Below, one piece after another: positions 8,695 through 18,183 of a stretch of 64,000 nt of DNA. Where the stretch lies: NCBI RefSeq assembly GCF_044763225.1, contig NZ_JBIWFX010000002.1, positions 487,080-551,079 of the forward strand. The letters run 5' to 3'. This DNA comes from Kitasatospora sp. NPDC096147 (lineage in GTDB: Bacteria > Actinomycetota > Actinomycetes > Streptomycetales > Streptomycetaceae). A program made the position numbers and the translations under genes. Below the pieces are notes generated by a model. It was given only the letters and a program-made list of their open reading frames with translations. It ran no database searches and was not told the origin of the DNA. Position 1 is the stretch's first letter, and each line of letters starts with the position of its first letter.

Positions 8695-9312
8695 GTGACC
8701 AACGTCGCCATCATCTACTACTCGTCCACCGGCCACGTGCACAAGCTGGCCGAGGAGGCCGCCTCGGCCGCCGCCAAGGCGGGCGCCGAGGTGCGACTGC
8801 GCAAGGTCGCCGAACTGGCCCCCGCGCACGTGGTGGCGTCCAAGCCGGAGTGGGCCGAGCACCACGAGGCCACCCGGGAGGTGCCCGAGGCCACGCTCGC
8901 CGACCTGGAGTGGGCCGACGCGCTGCTGTTCGGCACCCCGACCCGGTTCGGCCTGCCCGCCGCCCAGCTCAAGCAGTTCATCGACACCACCGGCGGCCTG
9001 TGGTTCCAGGGCAAGTTGGTGAACAAGGTGGTTTCCTCCTTCACCTCCACCTCCACCCTGCACGGTGGTCAGGAGTCGACCCTGCTGGCGCTGAACAACA
9101 CCTTCTACCACTGGGGCGCGATCATCGTGCCGCCCGGCTACGCGCACGAGGTGCAGTTCGCGCCGACCAACGGCAACCCGTACGGCACCAGCCACGTCTC
9201 GCACCACCACGTCGGCACCCCGGACCAGGACAACCTGGCCGCGATCGGCTACCAGGCCCGCCGCACGGTGGAGATCGCCACCGCCCTGAAGGCCGGCCTC
9301 GCCGCCGCCTGA
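8695..9312 (+). CDS. wrbA: NAD(P)H:quinone oxidoreductase WrbA (flavodoxin-like)
   Basis: GTG start. VTNVAIIYYSSTGHVHKLAEEAA... is the canonical WrbA N-terminus. Confidence 0.8.
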   Translation: MTNVAIIYYSSTGHVHKLAEEAASAAAKAGAEVRLRKVAELAPAHVVASKPEWAEHHEATREVPEATLADLEWADALLFGTPTRFGLPAAQLKQFIDTTGGLWFQGKLVNKVVSSFTSTSTLHGGQESTLLALNNTFYHWGAIIVPPGYAHEVQFAPTNGNPYGTSHVSHHHVGTPDQDNLAAIGYQARRTVEIATALKAGLAAA

Positions 9313-9329
9313 CGACGCGTCACCCCGAC

Positions 9330-9374
9330 GGCAGCGCAGTGGATGCGGGAATTCCCGTAATCCGCTGCGCTGCC
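9330..9374 (+). terminator. Compound stem-loop downstream of wrbA
   Basis: ggcagcgcag...ctgcgctgcc forms a 10-bp stem. It encloses an inner perfect palindrome cgggaattcccg. Confidence 0.3.
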
Positions 9375-9486
9375 CGTATTACGTGCAACTGACGAAGTCA
9401 GCCGACCCTCATTGCCGCACTCCGCGCGGCTGCCCCAGAGTTCTCGGAAGGAGAACGCTTCGAATTACCCGGCGAAGGGGCAGCGG

Positions 9487-9972
9487 ATGTCGACGGTGAC
9501 GATCTCCTGGACGGTACCGGTCAATTCCGGGACGGAGTCCGGGCCTGCACGGATGGACGCGCACGGGCTGTGGCGGCAGTTGGTCGCCAAGGCCGAGAAT
9601 CCCGTGCCCTACGTCCCCGCGATCACCGAGTGCACCGTACTCGACCGGTTTCCCGGTGGATTCCACCGGAGCATCGTCCGGGACGGCCGCACCGTGTTCC
9701 AGCGCATCGAAATGGAGCCCGGGGACGAGATCGTCTACCGGCAGCCCGGCGACAGCGAGGTGCGGGCGATCAGCAACCGGATCGACCGCACCGAGGACGG
9801 CTCGCTGGCGCTGACCATCTCGGTCGACCTGGCCCCCGAGGGGATCGAGCGCGCGGTCCGCGAGAGCAGGTTCCTGGAGGCCGCGGACGCCTACTTCACC
9901 GACGCGCTGCGCGCCGTGATCGACGAGATCCGGGCCGCCGTCTCCCCCGTCGAGCTGACCAACGCCGCCTGA
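9487..9972 (+). CDS. Hypothetical protein, possible SRPBCC (polyketide cyclase/START-like) fold
   Basis: 161-aa ORF with an ATG start at 9487. Size and hydrophobic pattern are compatible with an SRPBCC ligand-binding protein. This is a weak call. Confidence 0.4.
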   Translation: MSTVTISWTVPVNSGTESGPARMDAHGLWRQLVAKAENPVPYVPAITECTVLDRFPGGFHRSIVRDGRTVFQRIEMEPGDEIVYRQPGDSEVRAISNRIDRTEDGSLALTISVDLAPEGIERAVRESRFLEAADAYFTDALRAVIDEIRAAVSPVELTNAA

Positions 9973-10007
9973 CCGTCCGGCAGCTGCACATCCACAGGAG
10001 GAACCTG

Positions 10008-10769
10008 ATGACCGCACGATTCGACGGCAAGGTCGCCCTGGTCACCGGTGGCGGCTCGGGCATCGGCCGCGCCACCGCGCTGGCCTTCGCCCGGGAGGGG
10101 GCCACCGTGATGGTGGCCGGCCGCGAGCCGAGCGAGCTGCGGGAGACCGTGGCCCTGATCGAGGAGGCGGGCGGCAAGGCCGACTGCATCCGCGCCGACG
10201 TCACGCACGGCATGGACGTCATCAAGCTGGTGCAGTCCACCGTGGACCGCCACGGCGGGCTGCACATCGCCTTCAACAACGCCGGAGTGATGGGCCGTCC
10301 GAGCCCGCTGGCCGAGGTCTGCGAGGCGGTCTGGGGCGACATCCTGTCCACCAACCTGACCGGTGCCTGGCTGCTGATGAAGCACGAGATCGCCCACATG
10401 CGCGAGCACGGCGGCGGCGTGATCGTGAACACCGCGGCCAACATCGGCATCCACGGCCGGATCCCCGGTTTCGGCGCCTTCGCGGCCTCCAAGGCCGCGC
10501 TCTCCACGCTGACCCGGACGGCCGCCCGGGAGTACATCCGGGAGGGCATCCGGATCAACGCGATCAGCCCCGGCACGGTCGACACCGACCAGGGCCGCCG
10601 CTACAACGAGACCGAGGAGCAGCGGGACGAGCGGGTCCGCAGCGGCGTGCCGATCGGCCGGGTCGCCCGGACCGAGGAGATCGCCGACACCGTGCTCTGG
10701 CTCTCCGGCGACGAGTCCAGCTTCGTGGTCGGTCACGACCTGGTGCTGGACGGCGGGGCCACGGCCTGA
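10008..10769 (+). CDS. SDR-family oxidoreductase
   Basis: An AGGAGG RBS sits 6 bp upstream. GKVALVTGGGSGIGRA is the Rossmann motif. Catalytic S...Y...K spacing is present. Confidence 0.85.
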   Translation: MTARFDGKVALVTGGGSGIGRATALAFAREGATVMVAGREPSELRETVALIEEAGGKADCIRADVTHGMDVIKLVQSTVDRHGGLHIAFNNAGVMGRPSPLAEVCEAVWGDILSTNLTGAWLLMKHEIAHMREHGGGVIVNTAANIGIHGRIPGFGAFAASKAALSTLTRTAAREYIREGIRINAISPGTVDTDQGRRYNETEEQRDERVRSGVPIGRVARTEEIADTVLWLSGDESSFVVGHDLVLDGGATA

Positions 10770-11902
10770 TGACGGGCATCCTGCGGCGGCTCTCCGAGGA
10801 GGGCGTCTCGCTCTGGTTGGACGGCCTCGGCCGGGACCGGCTGGCCGACGGACGGCTGGCCGAGCTGGCCGGGGACCGGTCCGTGGTCGGGGTGGTGGCC
10901 ACCCCGTCGGCCGGCCCGGCCTACCACCGGCAGCTGGCGGAGCTGGCCGCCCGGGGTGCCTCGGCGGCGGTCGCGCTGCGCGAGCTGACGGTCCGTGACC
11001 TGCACGGGGTCTGCACCCTGCTGGATCCGATCCACCGCTGCACGGCCGGCTCGGACGGGCTGGTCTCGGCCGCGGTCGACCCGGCCTTCGCCCGGGGCAC
11101 GCTGGCCGCGCTGGCCGAGGCCCGGGCGCTGTACCGGGCGGTGGACCGCCCCAACCTGCTGGTCGAGCTGCCGGCCACGGTCGAGGCGCTGCCCGCCGTC
11201 ACCCGCTGCCTGGCCGAGGGGATCGGCGTGCACGTCTCGCTGGTGCTCTCGCCCGAGCGGTACGGCCAGGTGCTCGAGGCCTTCCTGACCGGCCTGGAGC
11301 TGGCCGCCGAGCAGGGCCGGGACGTCTCCCGGATCAACTCGGTGGCCGCGGTGCCGGTCGGCCTGCTGGACGCGGTGGTGGACCACGCGCTGGACGCGAT
11401 CGGCACCGAGGAGGCCCGGGCCTTCCGGGGCCAGGCCGGCCCGGCGCTGGCCAGGCTCGCCTACCGGCGCTACGAGGCGGAGTTCGCCTCGCCGCGCTGG
11501 ACGGCGCTGGCCGCGCTCGGCGCCCGGCCGCAGCGGCTGCTCTGGAGCCACACCGGCACCGACGGCGGCCCCGGCCGCCGGGACACCCGGTACGTGGACG
11601 AGCTGGTCGCCCCGAACACCGTCACCGCCGTCACCGAGCGGACCCTGGCCGCCGTCGCCGAGCACGGCCGCCCGGCCCGGGCCCAGCGGTTCGCCGCCGG
11701 GTACGCCGACGCGGAGCGGGTGCTGGGCTACCTGGAGTGGTTCGGCCTGGAGCTGGCCGAACTGCTCGACGGGCTGGAGCGGGAGTCGCTGGCCGGCCTG
11801 CGCCGGACCCGCACCGAGCTGCTGGAGTCCGTGCTGGCCCGGCTCACCGAGGTCCGGGAGTCGGAGCTCCAGGACGCCGGGGCTCCGCCGGCCGGGCACT
11901 AG
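10769..11902 (+). CDS. tal: Transaldolase (actinobacterial long form), extra copy
   Basis: The ATG overlaps the SDR stop (ATGA coupling). LSEEGVSLWLDGLGRD and later blocks are collinear with transaldolase. Confidence 0.75.
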   Translation: MTGILRRLSEEGVSLWLDGLGRDRLADGRLAELAGDRSVVGVVATPSAGPAYHRQLAELAARGASAAVALRELTVRDLHGVCTLLDPIHRCTAGSDGLVSAAVDPAFARGTLAALAEARALYRAVDRPNLLVELPATVEALPAVTRCLAEGIGVHVSLVLSPERYGQVLEAFLTGLELAAEQGRDVSRINSVAAVPVGLLDAVVDHALDAIGTEEARAFRGQAGPALARLAYRRYEAEFASPRWTALAALGARPQRLLWSHTGTDGGPGRRDTRYVDELVAPNTVTAVTERTLAAVAEHGRPARAQRFAAGYADAERVLGYLEWFGLELAELLDGLERESLAGLRRTRTELLESVLARLTEVRESELQDAGAPPAGH

Positions 11903-12086
11903 ACGGCCGGGCACCGGACGGCCGGGCACCGGGCGGCGGACGCGCGCCGCTGACCGGGCCCGCTCCACCGTACCGGCCCCAACCACCCGACGCGCCGGGT
12001 CGGTTGCACCGGTCCCAGCCGTCCCGAACGAACCACCAAGGCCGACAGAGCACCAACTCGACCCCTCCGAAAGGCAGAACAGCCAG

Positions 12087-13319
12087 ATGGCGAAGATCCT
12101 GATAGCCGGTGGTGGTATCGGCGGCCTGGCGACCGCGCTGAGCGTCTCCCGCCGGGGCCACCAGGTGGTGGTGCTGGAGAGCCGGGACACCTTCACCGAG
12201 CTCGGGGCCGGCATCCAGCTCGGCCCGAACGCCTTCCACGCGCTGGACGTGCTCGGCGTCGGCGACGAGGTCCGCTCGCGGGCCGTGCACATCGACGAGC
12301 TGCGCTTCATGGACGGCACCACCTCCGAGCTGGTCGTCACCATGCCGCTGACCGGCGCCTACCGGGAGCGCTTCGGCAACCCGTACGCGGTGGTGCACCG
12401 GATCGACATCTACGCCCCGCTGCTGGACGCGGCCCGCGCCTCGGACGCGATCGAACTGCGCACCGACGCCCAGCTGCTGAGCTACCGTCAGGACGCCGAG
12501 GGCGTCACCGCCGTGCTGGCCTCCGGCGAGGAGGTCCGGGGCGAGGCGCTGATCGGCGCGGACGGCATCAACTCCTACGTCCGCAAGCAGCTGGTCGGCG
12601 ACGGCTTCCCGCAGGTCTCCGGGCACACCATCTACCGCTCGGTGATCCCGATGGAGAAGGTGCCGGAGGAGCTCCGGTGGAACACCGTGACGCTCTGGGC
12701 CGGCCCCAAGTGGCACTTCGTCCACTACCCGATCGGCGGCGGCAAGTACTTCAACCTGGCGGCCACCCGGGACGACGACGCCCGGGAGGCGGTGATCGGC
12801 GCCCCGGCCGAGAAGGACTTCGTGCTCAACGAGTTCCCCGACCTGGGCGAGATCCCGCGCCGGCTGCTGGAGCTCGGCGAGGACTGGAAGGCCTGGGTGC
12901 TCTGCGACCGCGACCCGGTCGAGCAGTGGACCGACGGCCGGGTGGTGCTGATCGGCGACGCCGCGCACCCGATGCTCCAGTACGCCGCCCAGGGCGCCTG
13001 CCAGGCGGTCGAGGACGCGGTGGTGCTGGGCCAGGTGATCGGCACCGAGGCGTGCGAATTCCCGCAGCGCTTCGAGAAGTTCAACGGCGAGCGGCGCCAG
13101 CGCACCGCCGCCACCCAGCTGGTCGCCCGGGAGATGGGCAAGCAGCTCTACCACCCGGTCGGCGAGGCCGCGAAGGCGCGCAACGCGCTGCTCGCCTCGC
13201 TCACCCCGGAGCAGCTGTACGACAAGGTGGAGTGGCTGCACGGCAGCCGGGTCGGCGACGGCACCGTCATCGAGCCGCCGGTGATCGGTCGTCGGGCCGC
13301 CACCGCCGGGGAGCACTGA
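12087..13319 (+). CDS. FAD-dependent aromatic hydroxylase (salicylate / 3-hydroxybenzoate 6-hydroxylase-like)
   Basis: [18 protein letters not shown] is the FAD GxGxxG fold. DG.NS.VR and GDAAH motifs are typical of class A flavoprotein monooxygenases. Confidence 0.85.
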   Translation: MAKILIAGGGIGGLATALSVSRRGHQVVVLESRDTFTELGAGIQLGPNAFHALDVLGVGDEVRSRAVHIDELRFMDGTTSELVVTMPLTGAYRERFGNPYAVVHRIDIYAPLLDAARASDAIELRTDAQLLSYRQDAEGVTAVLASGEEVRGEALIGADGINSYVRKQLVGDGFPQVSGHTIYRSVIPMEKVPEELRWNTVTLWAGPKWHFVHYPIGGGKYFNLAATRDDDAREAVIGAPAEKDFVLNEFPDLGEIPRRLLELGEDWKAWVLCDRDPVEQWTDGRVVLIGDAAHPMLQYAAQGACQAVEDAVVLGQVIGTEACEFPQRFEKFNGERRQRTAATQLVAREMGKQLYHPVGEAAKARNALLASLTPEQLYDKVEWLHGSRVGDGTVIEPPVIGRRAATAGEH

Positions 13320-13321
13320 CC

Positions 13322-14506
13322 GTGGGCGGCCTGCGCTGGCTGACCGCGGGCGAGTCGCACGGCCCGGCCCTGCTGGCCACCCTGGAGGGCCTGCCGGCGG
13401 GCGTGCCGGTGACCACCGACGCGGTCACCGCCGAGCTGGCCCGGCGCCGGCTCGGCCACGGCCGGGGTGCCCGGATGGCCTTCGAGCAGGACGAGGTCAG
13501 CCTGCTCGGCGGGGTCCGGCACGGCGAGACCATCGGCAGCCCGGTCGCGGTCATGGTCGGCAACACCGAGTGGCCCAAGTGGGAGCAGGTGATGGCGGCC
13601 GACCCGGTCGATCCCGAGGTGCTCGCCGGGCTGGCCAGGAACGCACCGCTGACCCGTCCGCGCCCCGGCCACGCCGACCTGGCGGGCATGCAGAAGTACG
13701 GCTTCGACGAGGCCCGGCCGGTGCTGGAGCGGGCCTCGGCCCGGGAGACCGCCGCCCGGGTCGCGCTCGGCACGGTGGCCAGGTCCTTCCTGCGGGTGGC
13801 CGCCGGGATCGAGATCGTCTCGCACGTGGTCGGCCTCGGCCGGGCCACCGCCCCGTCCTGGCTGACGCCCCGTCCGGCCGACCAGCCGTACCTGGACGCC
13901 GATCCGGTGCGCTGCCTGGACCCGGAGAGCTCGGCCCGGATGGTGGACGAGATCGACCGCGCGCACAAGGACGGCGACACCCTGGGCGGCGTGGTCGAGG
14001 TGCTGGCCTACGGCCTCCCCGTCGGGCTCGGCTCGCACGTGCACTGGGACCGCCGCCTGGACGCCCGGCTGGCCGCCGCCCTGATGGGCATCCAGGCGAT
14101 CAAGGGCGTCGAGGTCGGCGACGGCTTCGACCTGGCCCGCCTCCCCGGCTCACAGGCGCACGACGAGATCGTGCCCACCCCGGCGGGCCTGCGCCGGGCC
14201 TCGGCCCGGGCCGGCGGGGTGGAGGGCGGCATCTCCACCGGCGAGACCCTGCGGGTGCGGGCGGCCATGAAGCCGATCGCCACCGTCCCGCACGCGCTGC
14301 GCACGGTGGACGTCCGCACCGGCGAGTTCACCCCGGCCCACCACCAGCGCTCCGACGTCTGCGCCGTCCCGGCGGCCGGCATCGTGGCCGAGGCGATGAC
14401 CGCCCTGGTGCTGGCCGACACGGTGCTGGAGAAGTTCGGCGGCGACAGCGTCGCGGAGACCGCCCGCAACCTCTCCGGCTACCTGGACGCCCTGACCATC
14501 CGTTAG
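13322..14506 (+). CDS. aroC: Chorismate synthase, extra copy outside the aroCKB context
   Basis: GTG start 3 bp after the upstream stop. [11 protein letters not shown]...GHADL...RSSARET are AroC signature blocks. Confidence 0.85.
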   Translation: MGGLRWLTAGESHGPALLATLEGLPAGVPVTTDAVTAELARRRLGHGRGARMAFEQDEVSLLGGVRHGETIGSPVAVMVGNTEWPKWEQVMAADPVDPEVLAGLARNAPLTRPRPGHADLAGMQKYGFDEARPVLERASARETAARVALGTVARSFLRVAAGIEIVSHVVGLGRATAPSWLTPRPADQPYLDADPVRCLDPESSARMVDEIDRAHKDGDTLGGVVEVLAYGLPVGLGSHVHWDRRLDARLAAALMGIQAIKGVEVGDGFDLARLPGSQAHDEIVPTPAGLRRASARAGGVEGGISTGETLRVRAAMKPIATVPHALRTVDVRTGEFTPAHHQRSDVCAVPAAGIVAEAMTALVLADTVLEKFGGDSVAETARNLSGYLDALTIR

Positions 14507-14635
14507 GGACCGCCTCCTCGGTGGTGCCGCGCGGCCCGGCCCGGAATCCCCCTCCGGGCCGGGCCCGCACCGGAGTTGACGAAGTATCGGGCCGCGCTTC
14601 ACGGCCCCCTCCCGCCCGGATCCACGATTGTCGGT

Positions 14636-15730
14636 ATGGAGAGAGACATGCAGTTCGGTCTGTTCACCGTCGGCGACCTGACCGCCGACCCGCACACCGG
14701 GCGCCTGCCGAGCGAGCAGGAGCGGATCAAGGCCACGGTCGCGATCGCCCGCAAGGCCGAGGAGGTCGGCCTCGACGTCTTCGCCACCGGCGAGCACCAC
14801 AACCCGCCGTTCGTCACCTCCTCGCCGACCACGCTGCTGGCGTTCATCGCCGCGCAGACCGAGCGGATCATCCTCTCCACCTCCACCACGCTGATCACCA
14901 CCAACGACCCGGTGAAGATCGCCGAGGACTTCGCGGTGCTCCAGCACCTGGCCGACGGCCGGGTGGACCTGATGATGGGCCGGGGCAACACCGGCCCGGT
15001 CTACCCGTGGTTCGGCAAGGACATCCGCGAGGGCATCCCGCTGGCGATCGAGAACTACGCGCTGCTGCACAAGCTCTGGCGCGAGGAGGCGGTCGACTGG
15101 AAGGGCCGCTTCCGCACCCCGCTCCAGGGCTTCACCTCGGTGCCCCGGCCGCTGGACGACGCGCCGCCGTTCGTCTGGCACGGCTCGATCCGCAGCCCCG
15201 AGATCGCCGAGCAGGCCGCGTACTACGGCGACGGCTTCTTCGCCAACCACATCTTCTGGCCGACCGACCACTTCCGGAAGCTGATCGAGCTCTACCGGAC
15301 CCGGTACGCGCACTACGGTCACGGCTCCCCCGAGCAGGCGTACGTCGGCCTGGGCGGGCAGATCTTCATCGGGAAGGACTCCCGGCAGGCCGTCCGGGAC
15401 TACCGCCCGTACTTCGGCAACACGGCGGTCTACCGGGGCGCGGTGCTGGAGGACTACCTGGAGGCCACCCCGCTCACCGTGGGCAGCCCGCAGCAGGTGA
15501 TCGACAAGACCCTGACCTTCCGCGAGCACTTCGGCGACTACCAGCGCCAGCTCTTCCTGATGGACAACGGCGGGATGCCGCTGAAGGTGGTGCTGGAGCA
15601 GCTCGACCTGCTCGGTGAGCACGTCCTGCCGGTGCTGCGCAAGGAGTTCGCGCTCGGCCGCCCGGTCGAGGTGCCGGCCGGTCCGATCCACGAGGACCGG
15701 GTGGTCATGACCGGGCGGACCGAGTGGTGA
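14636..15730 (+). CDS. Luciferase-like flavin-dependent monooxygenase (LLM class)
   Basis: MQFGLFTVGDL...GEHHN...MMGRGNT is typical of FMNH2/F420-dependent LLM oxidoreductases. Start candidates are 14636 or 14648. Confidence 0.8.
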   Translation: MERDMQFGLFTVGDLTADPHTGRLPSEQERIKATVAIARKAEEVGLDVFATGEHHNPPFVTSSPTTLLAFIAAQTERIILSTSTTLITTNDPVKIAEDFAVLQHLADGRVDLMMGRGNTGPVYPWFGKDIREGIPLAIENYALLHKLWREEAVDWKGRFRTPLQGFTSVPRPLDDAPPFVWHGSIRSPEIAEQAAYYGDGFFANHIFWPTDHFRKLIELYRTRYAHYGHGSPEQAYVGLGGQIFIGKDSRQAVRDYRPYFGNTAVYRGAVLEDYLEATPLTVGSPQQVIDKTLTFREHFGDYQRQLFLMDNGGMPLKVVLEQLDLLGEHVLPVLRKEFALGRPVEVPAGPIHEDRVVMTGRTEW

Positions 15731-16356
15731 GCCGCCTGGTGGTGGTCTCGGCCGGGCTGAGCGACCCGTCCTCGACCCGGCTGCTGGCCGACCGGCTGAC
15801 CGCCGCCACCGCCCGCCGCCGGCCGGTCGAGAGCCGGGTGGTGGAGCTGCGCGAGCTGGCCGTGGACGTGGCCAAGCACCTGGTCAGCGGCTTCCCCTCG
15901 GCGGCGCTGCGGGAGGTGCAGGAGGCGGTGGGCGGGGCCGACGCGCTGATCGCGGTGACGCCGGTCTTCACCGCGTCCTACAGCGGCCTGTTCAAGTCCT
16001 TCTTCGACGTGCTCGACCCGACCGTGCTGGCCGGCAAGCCGGTGCTGCTCGGTGCCACCGGCGGCTCCACCCGGCACTCGCTGGCGCTGGAGCACGCGCT
16101 GCGCCCGATGTTCGTGTACCTGCGCGCCGTGGTGCTGCCGACGGCGGTCTACGCCGCTTCGGCGGACTGGGGCGCGGGGGTGGAGGGCGGCACCGAGGAG
16201 CTGGCCTCCCGGATCGACCGTGCCGGGGCCGAACTGGCCGCCGCCCTCGGTGCGTCCGGCTCCCCTTCGGTGTCCGACGGTCGAAATGCCGGTGCACCGG
16301 CCGAGGCCGAACTCATACCGTTCGCACAGCAGTTGGCCGCACTGGGCCTGGAGTGA
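15724..16356 (+). CDS. NAD(P)H-dependent FMN reductase (partner of the LLM)
   Basis: The GTG start overlaps the LLM stop. VVVSAGLSDPSSTRLL...PVFTASYSGLFKSFFD resembles the SsuE/MsuE family. Confidence 0.75.
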   Translation: MVSRLVVVSAGLSDPSSTRLLADRLTAATARRRPVESRVVELRELAVDVAKHLVSGFPSAALREVQEAVGGADALIAVTPVFTASYSGLFKSFFDVLDPTVLAGKPVLLGATGGSTRHSLALEHALRPMFVYLRAVVLPTAVYAASADWGAGVEGGTEELASRIDRAGAELAAALGASGSPSVSDGRNAGAPAEAELIPFAQQLAALGLE

Positions 16357-16378
16357 CCGCACACCTGGAGGGACGGGC

Positions 16379-17335
16379 ATGAGCACCGAGCAGCAGACCG
16401 GGCAGACCGGACGGAAGGAGCACGTCCGGGCTCCGCAGCACTTCACCACCCGGCTCACCTCGGACGGCCGGGAGGGCCGGCCGGTGGAGGCCGGCCGGTA
16501 CCGGCTGGTGGTCAGCCGGGCCTGCCCGTGGGCCCACCGGGTCGTGCTGGTACGGGAGTTGTTCGGTCTCCAGGACGCCATCACGCTGGCCGTCACCGAC
16601 CCGGTGCAGGAGATGATCGACGGCGAGTACCACTGGGTGTTCAGCGAGCGGAACGGCGACCCGGACGGCAGGGACGCGGTGCTCGGCATCCACGCGCTGC
16701 GCGAGGCCTACCTGGCCGCCGAGCCGGACTACACCGGCGGGGTCAGCGTGCCGGGTCTGGTGGACACCCGGACCGGCCACCTGGTGAGCAACGACTTCGA
16801 GAACCTCACCCTGGACCTGGCCACCGAGTGGAAGGACCTGCAGACCGCCACCGAGGTGCCCGACCTCTACCCGGAGCACCTGCGGGCCGAGATCGACGCG
16901 CTCAACGCGGTGGTCTACGACGAGGTGAACGTCCAGGTGTACCGGGCCGGCTTCGCCCCCACTCAGGAGGTCTACGACCGCGCGGTGGTCTCGCTGTTCC
17001 ACCGGCTGGACCGGCTGGAGGAGCGGCTGCGCGAGCAGCGCTTCCTGCTGGGCGCGGAGTACACCGAGGCGGACCTGCGGCTGTGGACCACGCTGGTGCG
17101 GTTCGACATGGTCTACCACGGCCACTTCAAGTGCAACGTGCGGAAGTTGACCGAGTACCCGGCGCTCTGGGGCTACACCCGGGACCTCTACCAGACCCCG
17201 GGCTTCGCCGAGACGGTCGACTTCGACCACATCAAGCGGCACTACTACGCCACCCACGAGCACCTGAACCCGACCCGGATCGTGGCGATCGGTCCGGATC
17301 CGGAGATCTTCCTCACCCCGCACGGCCGGGGCTGA
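16379..17335 (+). CDS. Xi-class glutathione transferase / glutathionyl-hydroquinone reductase (YqjG/ECM4-like)
   Basis: The CPWAHR active-site motif is present. The length and C-terminal blocks match GS-hydroquinone reductases. Confidence 0.8.
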   Translation: MSTEQQTGQTGRKEHVRAPQHFTTRLTSDGREGRPVEAGRYRLVVSRACPWAHRVVLVRELFGLQDAITLAVTDPVQEMIDGEYHWVFSERNGDPDGRDAVLGIHALREAYLAAEPDYTGGVSVPGLVDTRTGHLVSNDFENLTLDLATEWKDLQTATEVPDLYPEHLRAEIDALNAVVYDEVNVQVYRAGFAPTQEVYDRAVVSLFHRLDRLEERLREQRFLLGAEYTEADLRLWTTLVRFDMVYHGHFKCNVRKLTEYPALWGYTRDLYQTPGFAETVDFDHIKRHYYATHEHLNPTRIVAIGPDPEIFLTPHGRG

Positions 17336-17718
17336 TCCGGCGGCGTCCGACAGTCATTCAAATCACTGTCGTACGCGCGCCAGCGCGTTCCCCCGCCATG
17401 CGCGCCGTGGTGGTGAACTGCCGGTCCCCGCGTGTCGGTTCGCGCGGGGACGATCGGTCGGGCGAGCTGCTGCCGTTCGGGGGAACGTGCTGGTCGCGGG
17501 CGGTGTGGCGGCCTACGAACCAGCTCCGCGCGGACTATGCGAACCGGCCGCGAGATCACGCTAATGGGCGAAAACCCCTCCAGGTACTGGCACTTTGTCG
17601 ATTTGTTAAGGAAACCTGTTCCTCGGCGTCGCAGCCCGCAGGAGTTCGTCTGGCCGCGAACTCCCGCACGCAGTACCCGATGTGCAGTTATCTGTGCGGT
17701 TATCTGGAGGCTTTCACC

Positions 17719-18048
17719 ATGGTTCGCTCTCGCACCTCCCGACTGGTCGGCCTGCTGGCCGCCGCCCCGCTCGCGGCCGGCCTGCTGGTGGTCTGCGCCG
17801 GCACGGCCTCGGCCGACAACGGCGCGCTGGCCGGGCACGGCTCCAACAGCAGCGTGGTGTCCAACGTCGGCAGCGGGAACATCTTCGGGACCGTGAACGG
17901 CAACTACAACTCGACCCAGCAGGTGGCCACCGGCTCCGGTGCGTCGAACCAGAACAACAACCTGCAGGCGAAGGACAACAACGGCTTCATCTTCAGCGAC
18001 CAGGGGAACCGGGACTTCAACTTCGTCTTCGCGCCGGTGTTCCACTGA
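17719..18048 (+). CDS. Small secreted Asn/Gly/Ser-rich protein
   Basis: A GGAGG RBS sits 9 bp upstream. The signal peptide is MVRSRTSRLVGLLAAAPLAAGLLVVCAGTASA. The mature part is about 77 aa, polar N/G/S-rich, ending FNFVFAPVFH. Confidence 0.5.
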   Translation: MVRSRTSRLVGLLAAAPLAAGLLVVCAGTASADNGALAGHGSNSSVVSNVGSGNIFGTVNGNYNSTQQVATGSGASNQNNNLQAKDNNGFIFSDQGNRDFNFVFAPVFH

Positions 18049-18118
18049 GCGTCGCCGGGCACGGGGTGAGCTGAGCACCCCGGCGCCCGGACCTCCCGGA
18101 GTGGGAAGGGTCACTCGC

Positions 18119-18158
18119 TCCGCAGACGCCCGTGGGCGGTGCCGCAGTAGCGGCACCG
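18119..18158. terminator. Perfect 18-bp stem-loop between convergent genes
   Basis: gcccgtgggcggtgccgc-agta-gcggcaccgcccacgggc. Confidence 0.6.
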
Positions 18159-18183
18159 CCCACGGGCGCGTTCGACGGCAGGA

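Noticed and set aside
10733-13316. Long minus-strand ORFs (10733-12343, 11844-13316) antisense to transaldolase and monooxygenase
   Set aside because: - The sense-strand genes have clear family motifs, RBSs and coupling.
- The antisense frames translate to R/G/P/A-rich junk.
14150-15691. 513-aa minus ORF antisense to the LLM gene, and 13570-15618 plus ORF in an alternate frame
   Set aside because: Same reasoning: compositional artefacts overlapping well-supported genes.
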